NCBI RefSeq assembly: GCF_009914755.1
Contig: NC_060931.1
Direction: 5' to 3' (one strand)
Origin: the human T2T-CHM13v2.0 reference genome, Homo sapiens
Length of the DNA stretch: 64,000 nt
Both the position numbers and the translations under genes were made by a program. The notes beneath the pieces were generated by a model, which worked only from the letters and a program-made list of their open reading frames with translations, did no database searches and was not told where the DNA came from. Shown here in pieces: positions 22,790 to 60,960 of the stretch. The first letter of the stretch is position 1; each line of letters begins with the position of its first letter.

Positions 22790-25700
22790 ATCTCTCTAGG
22801 CCTCCAGGAGCCCCTGGTCTCTATGAAAGTGGGAGGCCAAAAGATGGACTTTATTGTGCCCCTGTTAGGGAGAGACTTGCTTCAGAAACTACAAGCACAA
22901 ATTTCTTTCAGGCCAGAAGGAAACATGACTCTGGATCTAAGCTGACCAAAAGCTATGATGTTAACTCTTACCCTCCACGAGACTGAGGAATGGAGGCTAT
23001 ATGTAAAAGAGGTGTACAGGCTGTCTGAATTTATGGACAGAATATTTGACAAACTAGTCACTGAAATACCTGAGGTGTGGGCAGAAGACAGTCCTCCAGG
23101 ATTGGTCATAAACCGGGCACCAGTGGTAGTCGAGTTAGTTCCAGGTGCAACTCCAGTGCGTATTCCCCAGTACCAGGTGTCTACAGAGGCAGTGCGAGGA
23201 ATGACCAAGCACATAAATCGGCTATTAGAACATGGGATCATAAAGAAATGCAAGTCACCCTGGAATACTCTACTCTTAACCAGTGCAAAAACCGTCTGGT
23301 GGGTTCAGGCCTGTGCAAGACCTATGGGACATAAATAAAGTTACTGTTACCTTACATGCGGTGTTGCCAAACCCGTATACAATGACGAGCCACATTCCTG
23401 CTCATGCTGCCTGGTTTTCCTGTTTGGACTTAAAAGGTGCCTTTTTCTGCCTCAGGCTAGCTCCAATGAGTCAGCCTATTTTTGCATTCCAATGGGGAGG
23501 AACACAATTCACCTGGACCAGGCTCCCACAAGGGTTCAAAAACTCCCCCACTATCTTTGAAGAGGCACTAGCATCAGACCTCAAGGCTTTTGTCCCACCA
23601 AATGACAAGTGTGTATTGTTACAATACATTGGTGATCTTTTGTTTGCGGCACCTACCGAGGAAGATTGCTTCCAGGGCACCAAAGATCTCCTTCGCCTTC
23701 TATGGAAGGCAGGTTACAAGATGTCTAAGGAAAAAGCTCAGGTCTGTGCAAAAAGAGTAAGATATCTAGGTTTCCTAGTAGCCCAAGGGCAGCGTGAACT
23801 CGGCAGTGGGCAGAAGGAAGCCATATGTGCGCTCCCCACTCCTGTCACCCGGCGACAAGTAAGGGAGTTTTTAGGGGCAGCAGGCTTTTGCTGTACTTCA
23901 ATGCCAAACCTTTCACTCACGGCAAAGCCATTGTATGAAGCCACAAAGTGGGGGAGAAAAAGAGCCCCTCCTCTGGGGTAATGAGCAGAAGAAGGCCTTT
24001 AATGAGATCAAAAAGGCCTTAAGCCAAGCTCGAGCCCTGGGATTGCCAGACCTGACTAAGCCTTTCTTTTTCTATGTCCATGAAAGAAAAGGAATGACTA
24101 CAGGAGTTTCAGTTCAAACAGAAGGATCATGGTATTGACCAGTAGCCTATTTATCAAAGCGGTTAGACCTTGTGGCCCTGGGGTGGCCCCCCTGCTTAAA
24201 AGCATTAGCTGCCACTGCCATGCTGGCAGAAAATGCTGGAAGCTGACACTAGGACAAAAGCTAATAATACGGGTGCCACACACAGTGATCACCTTAATGG
24301 AGCAAAGAGGATATATCACTGGCTATCTAATCCAAGAATGTTAAGATATCAGGGGCTCTTATGTGGAAATCCATACGTAACTTTAAAAACCGCGAATACC
24401 CTCAACCCGGCTACCCTGTTGCCTGTAGAAATGTCGAAGTTGCAAGACCAGTTTCCCCAACGCTATTGCGTAGACGTAGTAGATGAGGTGTTCTCAAGCC
24501 GGAAAGACTTAAGAGACCAACCCTTTAAGGACCCAGACGCTGAATATTTCACAGAGGGAAGCAGGTTTGTATCAGAAGGGGTCTGCAGAGCCGGGTACGC
24601 AGGGTGACTCTAAATTCAGTAGCCAAGGCACAGGCCCTCCCTACCAGGACCTCAGCACAAAAAGCAGAATAGCTCTAAATAGAGCACTACTAGTAGCCAA
24701 AGGAAGGACAGTTAATATCTATACTGATTCAAAGTATGCTTTTGCTACATTACATGCCCATGGAGCCATTTACAAAGAAAGGGGACTCTTAACTGCTGGA
24801 GGGAAAGAAATTAAAGAAGAAATCTTACAACTCTTAGAAGCTGTGTGGGCCCCAGACAAGGTGGCCGTTATTCACTGTAAAGGACATCAGACAAGAGGCG
24901 GCATAGAAGCAAAAGGAAATAGGAAGGCAGACAGAGAAGCCAGACAAGCAGCTATGTCCAACTCAAGTACTAAAAAGAAAACCCCAACCCTGCTGCTTCT
25001 ACTAGAACCTTCCTTACCTGAAACCCCAAGCTACTCTCCCAATGAAAAAGCTTGGTTTGAACAAGAGAGCGGAAGTTACATACAAGGAGGCAGGTGGAAG
25101 TTCTCAGATGGGAGGCTAGCTATTCCGGAAGCAATAGCCCCCCAATTTATGAAGCAGTTTCATCAGGGAACACACATGGGAAAGACTGCATTAGAAACTC
25201 TTGTAGGATGGCATTTCTATGTGCCATGCCTTACTGCCATCACTCGAGCCGTTTGTGAGCAATGTTTAACCTGCGCCCAGAACAATCCATGGCAAGTGCC
25301 AACTCAGCCCCCAGGGATTCAAGAGACCGGAGCTACACCCTGTGAAAACTTGCTTGTGGACTTTACCGAACTGCCCCGAGCACGGGGTTATCAGTACATG
25401 CTAGTGTTTGTTTGCACTTTCTCAGGGTGGGTCAAGGCATTCCCTACCAGGATAGAGAAAGCCCAAGAAGTAACCAGAGTGTTGCTAAAAGACATTATTC
25501 CTAGGTTTGGACTGCCTCTAACTTTAGGATCAGATAATGGCCCAGCATTCATGGCTGAAGTAGTTCAGCAGCTGTCGCAGCTGCTAAAGATAAAGTGGAA
25601 ATTGCACATAGTCTACCACCCACAGAGCTCAGGAAAGGTAGAATGGATGAACCAGACACTAAAACATCTGCTGAAGTTTTGTCAAGAACCTCATCTTAGG

Positions 25701-26130
25701 TGGGATCAGGTCTTGCCCATGGCCTTTCTCCAAGTCAGGTGTACCCTTACCAAATTGACTGGGCTTTCACCCTGTGAAATTGTGTTCGGCCGACCACCCC
25801 CGATTATAAATCAGGTAAAAGGTGATCTGTGGGAACTAGGGGAACTAACTTTAAAAAGGCAAATGCAAGCTTTAGGATTAGCTATGCAAAAGATTCATGG
25901 CTGGGTATGAGAAAAATTGCCTATAAGCCTAACAGACCCAGTTCACCCCTTTACACCTGGGGACTTGGTTTGGGTTAAGAAATGGAACCCAACCACACTA
26001 GGGCCCATATGGGATGGGCCCACACTGTAATCTTGTCTACTCCCACTGCTGTTAAAGTTGCAGGTATCACACCTTGGATTCATCACAGTCGACTGAAGCT
26101 GGCTGCGCAGGACCAGTGAACCAGTCAACA
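22790..26130 (+). pseudogene. ERV3/HERV-E-group pro-pol remnant (protease core deleted, RT inactivated, RNase H, integrase)
   Basis: RT motifs FRPVQDL, LDLKGAFF, LPQGFKNSP and QYIGDL (YxDD broken); RNase H NIYTDSKYAF; integrase HHCC and D,D(35)E in ORF 24567-25910. Confidence 0.9.
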
Positions 26131-26335
26131 AGACTCAGACCATCCAACATGACTAATCCTGTGGCAAAACCACGACACCACTGAGAAAGTCAACCACCCT
26201 GCTGTGATCACTCTGGAGGCTGGTCAGTCTACGCACAACTGAAGCTTGAGAAGTCAAACCCTGCTGTAGTCACACACTGGAAGCTGACTAGTCTACGCAT
26301 GGCCAAAGCTTGAGGAGTCTTCACTAGATAAGTAA

Positions 26336-27277
26336 ATGTGGATAGAACTTATAAGCCTAGTAGTGATCTTAGTAATACTGATTATCTTATTATTATGTTA
26401 CTGTTTTTGTTCAGGAAAAGGCCTATATTGGATCTGTGGAGCACAGGCATATCAGCAACTGCCAGCTAAATGGACAAGAGCATGTGTATTAGGAACAATC
26501 AAGCCATCCTTCTTTCTAATTCCTCTAAAGCAAGGGGAACTCTTAGGATATCCAGTCTATAATGAGAATAAAAGAACTAAAAGGAGCATGATCTCAAAAA
26601 TAAATATAAATATCAAAAAAGACATAGACATAGGAGACTAGAAAAATAATCAATGGCCTCCTGAAAAAATCATTAAATACTATGGGCCAGCTACCTAGGC
26701 ACAAAATAGGTAATGGGGATACCACACCCCAATTTATATGCTCAACTGTATCATAAGGTTACAGGCTGTTCTTGAAATAATAACCTATGAAACATCAAGA
26801 GCTTTTTGATGAACCTATGAACATCAAGATTTACTAGCTGTACAAGCTACACAGATAAGGAATGCCATATATCAAAACAGGCTGGCACTAGATTACCTCC
26901 TAGCCTCAGAAGGAGGAGTATGTGGGAAGTTTAATCTAACAAACTGCTGTTTAGACATAGACAATAGGCGAGCTGTCATGGGAATTACTGCCAGGATGTG
27001 GAAGTTAGCCCAAGTTCCAGTTCAAACCTGGTCAGGTTGGTCTCCAGATTCTCTCTTTGAAGGATGGTTTTCAACCTTTAGTGGGTTCAAAACCTTAATA
27101 GGTGGGTTCCTGCTTATCACAGGTGCCTGCCTAATTCTCCCTTGTCTCCTACCTCTTCTCATCAGAAGTGTTCAGTCAACTATAGAGGCAGTTGTGGCCA
27201 AATACACTACTACTCAAATAATGGCATTGACTAAGTATTGCCCCAAGAATAATATGTACCGACTCAAGAAAAAATAA
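26336..27277 (+). pseudogene. ERV3/HERV-R-like env remnant with most of SU deleted
   Basis: [41 protein letters not shown] cleavage-like motif, immunosuppressive domain [27 protein letters not shown] (~26868-26948), TM helix in ORF 26978-27277. Confidence 0.85.
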
Positions 27278-27328
27278 ACAACTGTGGTGCTATTAACCAA
27301 CATTTATATAGAGCACCAAAGGGGGGAA

Positions 27329-27859
27329 TGAAGTGGAAAATTAAAATAGGATAATAGCATAAGTAATAATAGTAAAATTATAGTAACAGAAATAATAGCT
27401 CATAGAATGAATTGCTGTACCAACCAAGGCTAAAAAGAATTTAAGTAGCCCCCCTGAAGTTAGAGTTAAAGAAGGATATTAACTGCCAGTCCCAAGAAAC
27501 ATTAACCATATCTGCCCTTCAGGTATTTTGTAGGCTCTGTAAGCTTGTGTTTTCTTCCCTCCTTGTACAGCTGCAAGGTCACAAGACAGATAAGCATAAG
27601 CTGCATACTAAGTTTTCCCAGAGATGTAAGACATGTTGCAAAAGTGTCACAAGATAATTAATGGACTTTGTTCTTGCTTCTGTAAGCCTGCTTCCTGCTT
27701 CACGTAATTCCTGCCTCAAAATGCTTAAAAGACATTCGTTTTCTTTGATCTATGCTTAGATTTTCTGGATGCAATTCCACTGAGCCGATGTACACCTAAA
27801 AATAAAAACTTTCCTGCATCCAATTCTTCGGTCTCTCTTGTCCCTTAATTTTCGCAACA
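27329..27859 (+). mobile_element. 3' LTR of the ERV3-like provirus
   Basis: Preceded by polypurine tract AAAGGGGGGAA (27318-27328); TG start, AATAAA at 27801, CA end. Subfamily not assigned. Confidence 0.85.
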
Positions 27860-27889
27860 TTTCAAGACAGGAGGCCTTGCTAATGCTTA

Positions 27890-28320
27890 ATATTCTGGTG
27901 GCGGCCCCAGGGGTCCCCTCTGCCCACATGTCCTGCTGGATGCTGGGCTCCGCCGCGGTCACGTGGCGTCAGCGCCGAGTTTTAGTTGAAAACCACACTC
28001 CTGGCTTCACACAGCCCACAGGACGCCAGAGCCCAGACTGGAAACGCCTGCGCAAGCAGTGGCCAGTGAGGCTTTCCCCAGCAGCGTTTTCAGGTTGAAA
28101 GGATGATCTGACAAGATCTGGCCCTAAAATGGGAACTCAGGACAGTGATCTGAAACGTGGTTCGCAAAAAATCAGCAGCTAGAATGGGTGCTACCCACAC
28201 CCGGGCGCAGCGAGCTCGGACACCACGCTCCCTCCCTGTGCGGCGCCTGTGGCTCCTCCACAGCAGCGACACCCACGCAGCTGGATCTCTGCCCTCAGCC
28301 CCTGGCTGCGTGGGACAGTG
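27890..28320. promoter_or_regulatory. Small CpG-enriched segment with E-box/CRE-like motif
   Basis: Local CpG enrichment; GTCACGTGGCGTCA at 27958-27971. Confidence 0.45.
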
Positions 28321-28633
28321 TCCAGACAGCAAGGCTGAAGGGGCGGCCCCAGTGCCTTCAGGTCACAAACCGAACTGCCACACTGGGGTCCATGTAGCTC
28401 TTCAGGAGGGCAGTCTCAGGCAGGACTTGCTTCCCCGCCACCGTCACCTTGAGGGGTTAGGGTCACTGACCTCCAGGGTCCCCGCTCTCACCGGCTGTGA
28501 GCCAGGACAAGCCCAGGTCTCATGGGCTGGGGTGGAAAAGCATCTTTTCCTTGTGAATAAAGGAACAGAAAATACTTGGCTATTCTGCCTTGCCACTTAT
28601 GGAAACAAAAAAAAAATCCTTGGCAATTGGAAC

Positions 28634-29074
28634 TGACAAAGAGGCTTTACTAGTCCAAGCTTCGGTCAGGCTTCTGAGTGTTCTGCAAGGCCCGTCTGTG
28701 CACTTCCTTGTAAAATCCAGTCTTAGCAAAAACCCCTTTCCCCTCGGTATCTGATCACCCTCCAAGCCTTATCAGGCTCCTCACCCTCCACCATCCCCGA
28801 GTGGCCTATCACCCTAGCCTGTATTCAGCAAGAGTCCTGTTAGGTCAGTTTCACCAGAATCTCTCTTACCCTGATGGCTCCTCTTAGTAATTTTCTATTC
28901 ACAGACCTCCACCCTGCTCCTTGGCTATGAATTCCCACTGTGCACGCTGTATTCGGAATTGAGCCCAATCTCTCTCCCACATGCAAGACTCCATTGCAGT
29001 GGTCCCTATACCTATCAAGATAGTAGTCTTTACTGTACTTTAACGAGTATCATTGACTAAGTTTTTCTTTAACA
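28634..29074 (+). mobile_element. MER31-like ERV1 solo LTR
   Basis: TGACAAAGAG...TTTAACA ends with an exact 4-bp TSD GAAC on both sides. Confidence 0.75.
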
Positions 29075-29715
29075 GAACCACCCCTTGCACATTTCTCTCC
29101 TTAAAACCTCTTTCCATAGCCAGCTGAAAAGAGCTATTTGAAGGGAGAGATGCTCCCTGCCCCAGGCAGGGGTCAGGAATCTGAACTGTGTGATTTGCAC
29201 AGATTAGAGTCAGCACCCAAAGCATTTGGGGGTTTGGGGGATTTTTTTTAACTGACAGCTAAACTGCTGTTTATCATGTGAGGTAATGCACGTGTCAGTT
29301 AGCTAGATTTAATCATTCTACATTGTCTGTATTCCACAATGTATACATACTTCAAAAGATTACATTGAACTCCTAAAGCATTTAAATGGGGACTGGCTAT
29401 GAGGCCCTCCCCATTCAAATGCTTCCCTCAACTCGCAGAACACAGCCAAGGCCTGAGGCCATGGAGCAGAAGAGGCAAATACCGGCAGGTATCTGAAGAG
29501 AGGGAGGAAATGGGGAAGTGCACCTGCAAGGCTCTCGGTGCAGCCCTCCCCAGAGCTGAGGGTCCACACCTGGGCTGGGAACTGAGGCTGGGACTGGGAA
29601 AGAGGTTTTCTTCTATGCCACCCTCAACCAAGAGAATGGAAGAGTCTTGCTTGGGTTCTTAAGCAGACGCCAAGCAGGTCTATGGAAGGAGAGATAAGCG
29701 GAAGTTCCAACATGC

Positions 29716-29721
29716 TTTATT
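29716..29721 (-). terminator. WDR91: Probable WDR91 polyadenylation signal
   Basis: TTTATT on + (AATAAA on -) ~2.3 kb downstream of the stop codon. Confidence 0.6.
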
Positions 29722-30700
29722 TGAGGACGAGCGCTCACCCGGGATGGAGTAAGAAGTGGGATGGGAGAAGCGTAGGGTTCAAATTTTCTTTGTGTCTCTG
29801 TGATCCTTAAAGCATCTCAGCAAGCTGTAGAGATGGTATTAAGGGGAGAGAAAACTTTGAGATGACAAGAGGAAACGTTAATACCATTCTCACTCCAATG
29901 AAACCCATGACCACTTTTTAAATGTCCTACAGAATCACTGGGTGAGATAAGTAAGATCACTGTTTCAATACAGATGGGGAAAGATAATAAATAAAGAAGT
30001 CTTGGTTTTCTTCATTTGCAGGGAGGATTACCAGGGTAGAAATGGGTAAAAATCGGTAAATAACTATTTACTACTGTCTCTGGTGTTTTCTCATAATCAA
30101 GCCACTTAAATACCTCCCTACTTTTCCCTCAACTCCCAGAACAAAGCCAAGACTTTGGTACCAATTTCTTCGTGCTTTTCCTCAAGCAGGTAACTAGGAG
30201 TATCCCTACTCCAGCCTTGTGCCCCTAGAACTGGGCTGGAGCTCAGAGACTTAAAATGACTCATGGCAGCTGCCTTCCCCAGCTCAGTGATAAGGTCGCC
30301 CCTGCCAAACACTGGAGACCAAAGCCCAGGTCCATCACTCCCATAGTGACTCCTCCCATAAGCTCTGCCTCAGCTGTGAAAGGCAAGAGGGAGAAGGGGA
30401 GTGAGGCTCTTGTTCCTCCTCACCTAGTGGGAAGATATGCCTCTTCAAGGTCCCACCCCAGCCAGGGAGGAGAGGGCAGGCCTCAGGCAGGGTGTGGACA
30501 CAGCTGGTTGACACTCAGCTCAGCTACAGATCGGCTCAGCCACAGTTGGGCCGGCCTGAACCCCAGGTGCCCACCAGCAGCAACTTGGCCCCCTTGCTCT
30601 ACCTTCTCACCATTCGCCAGCAGTGGGTGCAGGCAGCCATCATCTTTCCACAAAGATGTTCAGTTGGAGGAATGAGAGGAGCCACCAAATGAAAAAGGTA

Positions 30701-31311
30701 CAGGTTGAGCGTCCTTAACCCAAAGATCCAAAATCAAAAATGCTCCATAACCCAAAACTTTTTTTTTTTTTGAGTTGGGTTCTCCCAGTGGCGTGATCTC
30801 GGCTCACTGCAACCTCCGCCTCCTGGGCTCAAGTGATTCTCCTGCCCCAGCCTCCAGAGTAGCTGGGATTATAGGCACCTGCCACCATGCCTGGCTAATT
30901 TTGGTATTTTTAGTAGAGATGGGGTTTCACCATGTTGGCCAGGCTGGTCTCAAGCTCCTGACCTTAAGTGATCCACCCACCTTGGCCTCCCAAAGTGCTG
31001 GGATTACAGACGTGAGCCACCGTGCCCAGCCCCAAAACTGTGAGCACCAACATGACACCACAAGTGGAAAATACCACACCTGACCACAATCAATACTTTG
31101 TTTCATGTACAAAATTATTTAAAATACTGTATAGAGTTACCTTCAGGCTACATGTATAAGGTATATATAAAACATGAATGAATTTCATGTTTAGACATGA
31201 GACCTACCAAGATACCTCATTATGTATATATGCAAATATTCCAAAGTCTGAAAAAATCCAAAATCTGTAACACTCCTGTCCCAAGCATTTCAGATAAGAA
31301 ACGCTTAGCCT
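30701..31311 (+). mobile_element. Tigger4/MER46-like DNA transposon interrupted by an Alu, in the probable WDR91 3'UTR
   Basis: TA-CAGGTTGAGC start, CTTAGCCTG end (degenerate TIR). Confidence 0.65.
30760..31030 (-). mobile_element. Alu (AluS-like)
   Basis: Poly-T then reverse Alu; TSD CCCAAAACT at 30751 and 31031. Confidence 0.9.
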
Positions 31312-32012
31312 GTCTTGGGAAACAGCAGCCACTGGATGGAAAGGGGCAGCCAGTAGCAGAGGCCTCAGCCCCTGCCTTCATCCTGAGAATCTTCTGTAAC
31401 AAAAGCTGCCAGCTTTCAGGGAAGAAAAAGAATTCTGTGGCCTTGACTTAAGCCCAGAGAAACAGGAACTGCCAAACCTTGTTACCCAGCAGAACAGACA
31501 GAGAGCTGACCTGGCTCCATGGCAAAGCAACAGGAGAGCCTGGAGAGGTTCAGTTCGGGGCCAGCAGAGCCAGGCTGGGTGGGAGGGCTGTCACTGAAGC
31601 AAAGTGACACACATCCTAGAAAGAGACATCAGGGGACCACAAGAGTATTCTCTTTTTTTAAAAAAGAAAAAGATAAATGGGCACATATATACAAAATACT
31701 GTCAATTTCTACTGGGCCAACACAGTAGCCACTGCAATGTTTCTCCTTCTTCCGGAGCTTTCCTCCCATAGTCTCACATGTACTCCTGGCACAGCCACAA
31801 TACCAGTCTCTGGGAAGCATATGTCACCTACTCCACGTGGGTCCCATTCCAGTCACCACAGATGGAAGCACCTGAGCCTCCTTGCCAGTCTTTCCCTGCA
31901 GAGTCACTGCACTGGCAGGGAGCTGGAGTGGAGCACGTGGTTTTCCTGTCCTATATCTCCTCCCCCCACCGCAGATAATACTGCTTCCTCGGGTGGCCCT
32001 TGGGGCAAGTCA

Positions 32013-57359
<25,347 letters not shown>

Positions 57360-58057
57360 CGCAGCGCTAGCGTCTTTAGGGGTGGTGCGGTGAGGGACGG
57401 AGGGGCGGGGCCTGGGAGAAATGGGGCGGGGCCGGACGCGGGCGCCGAGCACGTCACGCCGCGACAGGCCTACCAGCCCGCACGCACCGGGCGACCAGCC
57501 TGAGGCCCCGCCCCTCGGCCGGCTCCCCGCCCGAGGCCCCGCCCCTGAGCCAGCCCCAGCCCGCCTGGCCGCTCGAGTCACCCTTACCCCTCCCGAGGAG
57601 TGGCGAGGGGAGGTCCTGGCGGCGCCGGCGGCGGCTTTGTCTGAATTACTGAAAGTGGCGGCTGCCACCCACGTCAAACAAGACTGGATCTTAAGAACAT
57701 CCCAGGTAGTCCCGAGGCGGGCAGGGGGTGCGGCGCCCTGTTGGTTGGCGTTACATCGCAGAGCTCCCGGTCCCCTGCCCTCCTCCTACACGGAGGAAGC
57801 TGGAGCCCTAAGAGCAGAGTGACCTGCGTGAAGCCACAACACGCGTGTCCTCAGAGAGCGCTAACTCCCCCAAATCTCTGCTTTCATTAGTAAGACGAAT
57901 TGGCTACACAGCAAGATAACCAAGATGCACTGCTAGGATAGGCAAATTTCATAGCAGTGTATGTACGCTATAGTCCTGGTTTCTTGTGAAAAAAAAATTA
58001 GGTATGTATGTGTGTACATTTTTTAAATTCAGGAAGATTATACACCAAGTTCCTATG

Positions 58058-59002
<945 letters not shown>

Positions 59003-59152
59003 GAGTGGTTTTATCTGAGAGGTGAGACTATGAAGGACTTCTTGTTTTTTACTTTCTTTTTATTGTTGAAGTTTTTACAAGGTGCACGTATTTTTGTAAG
59101 TAGGAAAATAGCCAATATCTTTGAGACTTGCTTCTGCAAAATGGTGACAATA

Positions 59153-59517
<365 letters not shown>

Positions 59518-60840
59518 TTAGCACAGTGAATGGCCTATTGGTAAAATGCATGGAGTGTTCCCTTCTCCTTCCCTCGAATGGTATGACTTTTCGTGTTTGT
59601 CAAAATACAACTCAGAATCATTGCTGCCCCTCTGCTCAGACCCTCCACTCCTACTCTATGGAAATTCAGCTCCAAAAGGGCTCTGATCTACACTAGAGAA
59701 AGCCAAAAAGATAGCACAGGGCAAGCCACAGCAGGACGAGACAGACCTTGTTCTGCCCTCTTTGTTTGCCCTACCTGTCTCCACAAGTGTACCCTCCAGG
59801 CAGCTAAACTTGCCTCAAGGGCAGGAAAGGAGAGTCACCACTGTGACTACTGGGAGACCAACTCCTACTTTGAGATCTCAGATCATCAAAGTGAACTTGG
59901 AAAATTTGGACAAGTTGCAACCACCAAAGCTTCCACCTACAGGAAAGTTGTGAAGTAGATTTCCCTAAGGGCACCTGAAGTCTGCAACCATAGTTCTCAC
60001 CTCCCCCACCTCCATCTGCCCTGACACTTCCCAGACCAGAGCCTGTAAAACCAGCTAAGATTAGTTTTCTGATCAATGAAAGGCAGCTCCTCAGAGCTTA
60101 AGTACAAGCCGTTTGTTCTACAGGAATGTCTTCTCCAAGATACCCACAGGGATAGCTGCCTTTCCTCCTTCACGCATTTGCTCAAATGTCACTGTCTTAG
60201 TCCTTTGGGGCTGCAATTTTTTTTTTTTTAGAAATGCCATAAACTGGGTGGCTTATAAGCAACAGAAACTTATTTCTCATAGTTCTGGAGGGTGGAAAGT
60301 CCAAAATCAAGACACTAGCAGATTCATTGTCTGCTGGATGCCCACTGTCTGGTTCATAGATAGTGCCAAGTTACATGCTCAGTAGAGAGCATCCATCGCC
60401 ATAGCCTTTGGTAGATAAATCTTTTCTTACTGTAGTCAGTTCCTTAAAAAGTCATGAGCACCTCTGAAAACTGGAAATGGCCCACAATGATCCATCCAGT
60501 AATTCACAGGTTTCCTATTGGTAGCCCTCATGCTTGTTGTAGGAGGCAGCCTATGTATATGTTAATGTTTCGTTCACTGAAAATCAGTGACACACAATAG
60601 ATACCCTTTTTCACTTCTCAAATTAGTAATTTTTAAAATGTATTGCCCACTGTTGGTGAACATAAAATGAAAGGGGCATTGTCATTAAGCTTCAGAAGGA
60701 GCTACTTTTCTAGGAGTCAATTTATAGATTATCAAAGCTTCCAAAATGTTTCTACTCTTTAGCCCAATGATCCCACTTAATTTCTTTAATTTCCCTTAAA
60801 AAAATAATTTTAAAAATAAGCTGAAAGAAAAAAAAAAAAA

Positions 60841-60960
60841 GGCTGGGCACAGTGACTCACACCTGTAATCCTAGCACTTTGGGAGGCCCAAGTGGCAGAA
60901 TCGATTGAGGCCAGAAGTTATGACCAGCCTGAGCAACATAGGGAGACCCCGTCTCTATTT
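60841..60960 (+). mobile_element. Alu left monomer / FLAM-like
   Basis: Single arm GGCTGGGCACAGTG...GAGACCCCGTCTCT. Confidence 0.75.

Larger units (their letters stand above)
16976..27859 (+). mobile_element. Composite ERV1 block: LTR stub + LTR2-type/Harlequin-like element + ERV3/HERV-R-like gag-pol-env + 3' LTR
   Basis: Gag, RT, RNase H, integrase and env remnants in ORFs 18256-27277; PBS, PPT and LTRs listed separately. Confidence 0.9.

Noticed and set aside
23283-23981. Active reverse transcriptase
   Set aside because: YxDD reads YIGD, LDLKDAF reads LDLKGAF, and frameshifts flank the ORF
60190-60370. Possible MLT1-type LTR fragment
   Set aside because: Resemblance noticed (CAGAAACTTATTTCTCATAGTTCTGGAGG) but boundaries could not be set
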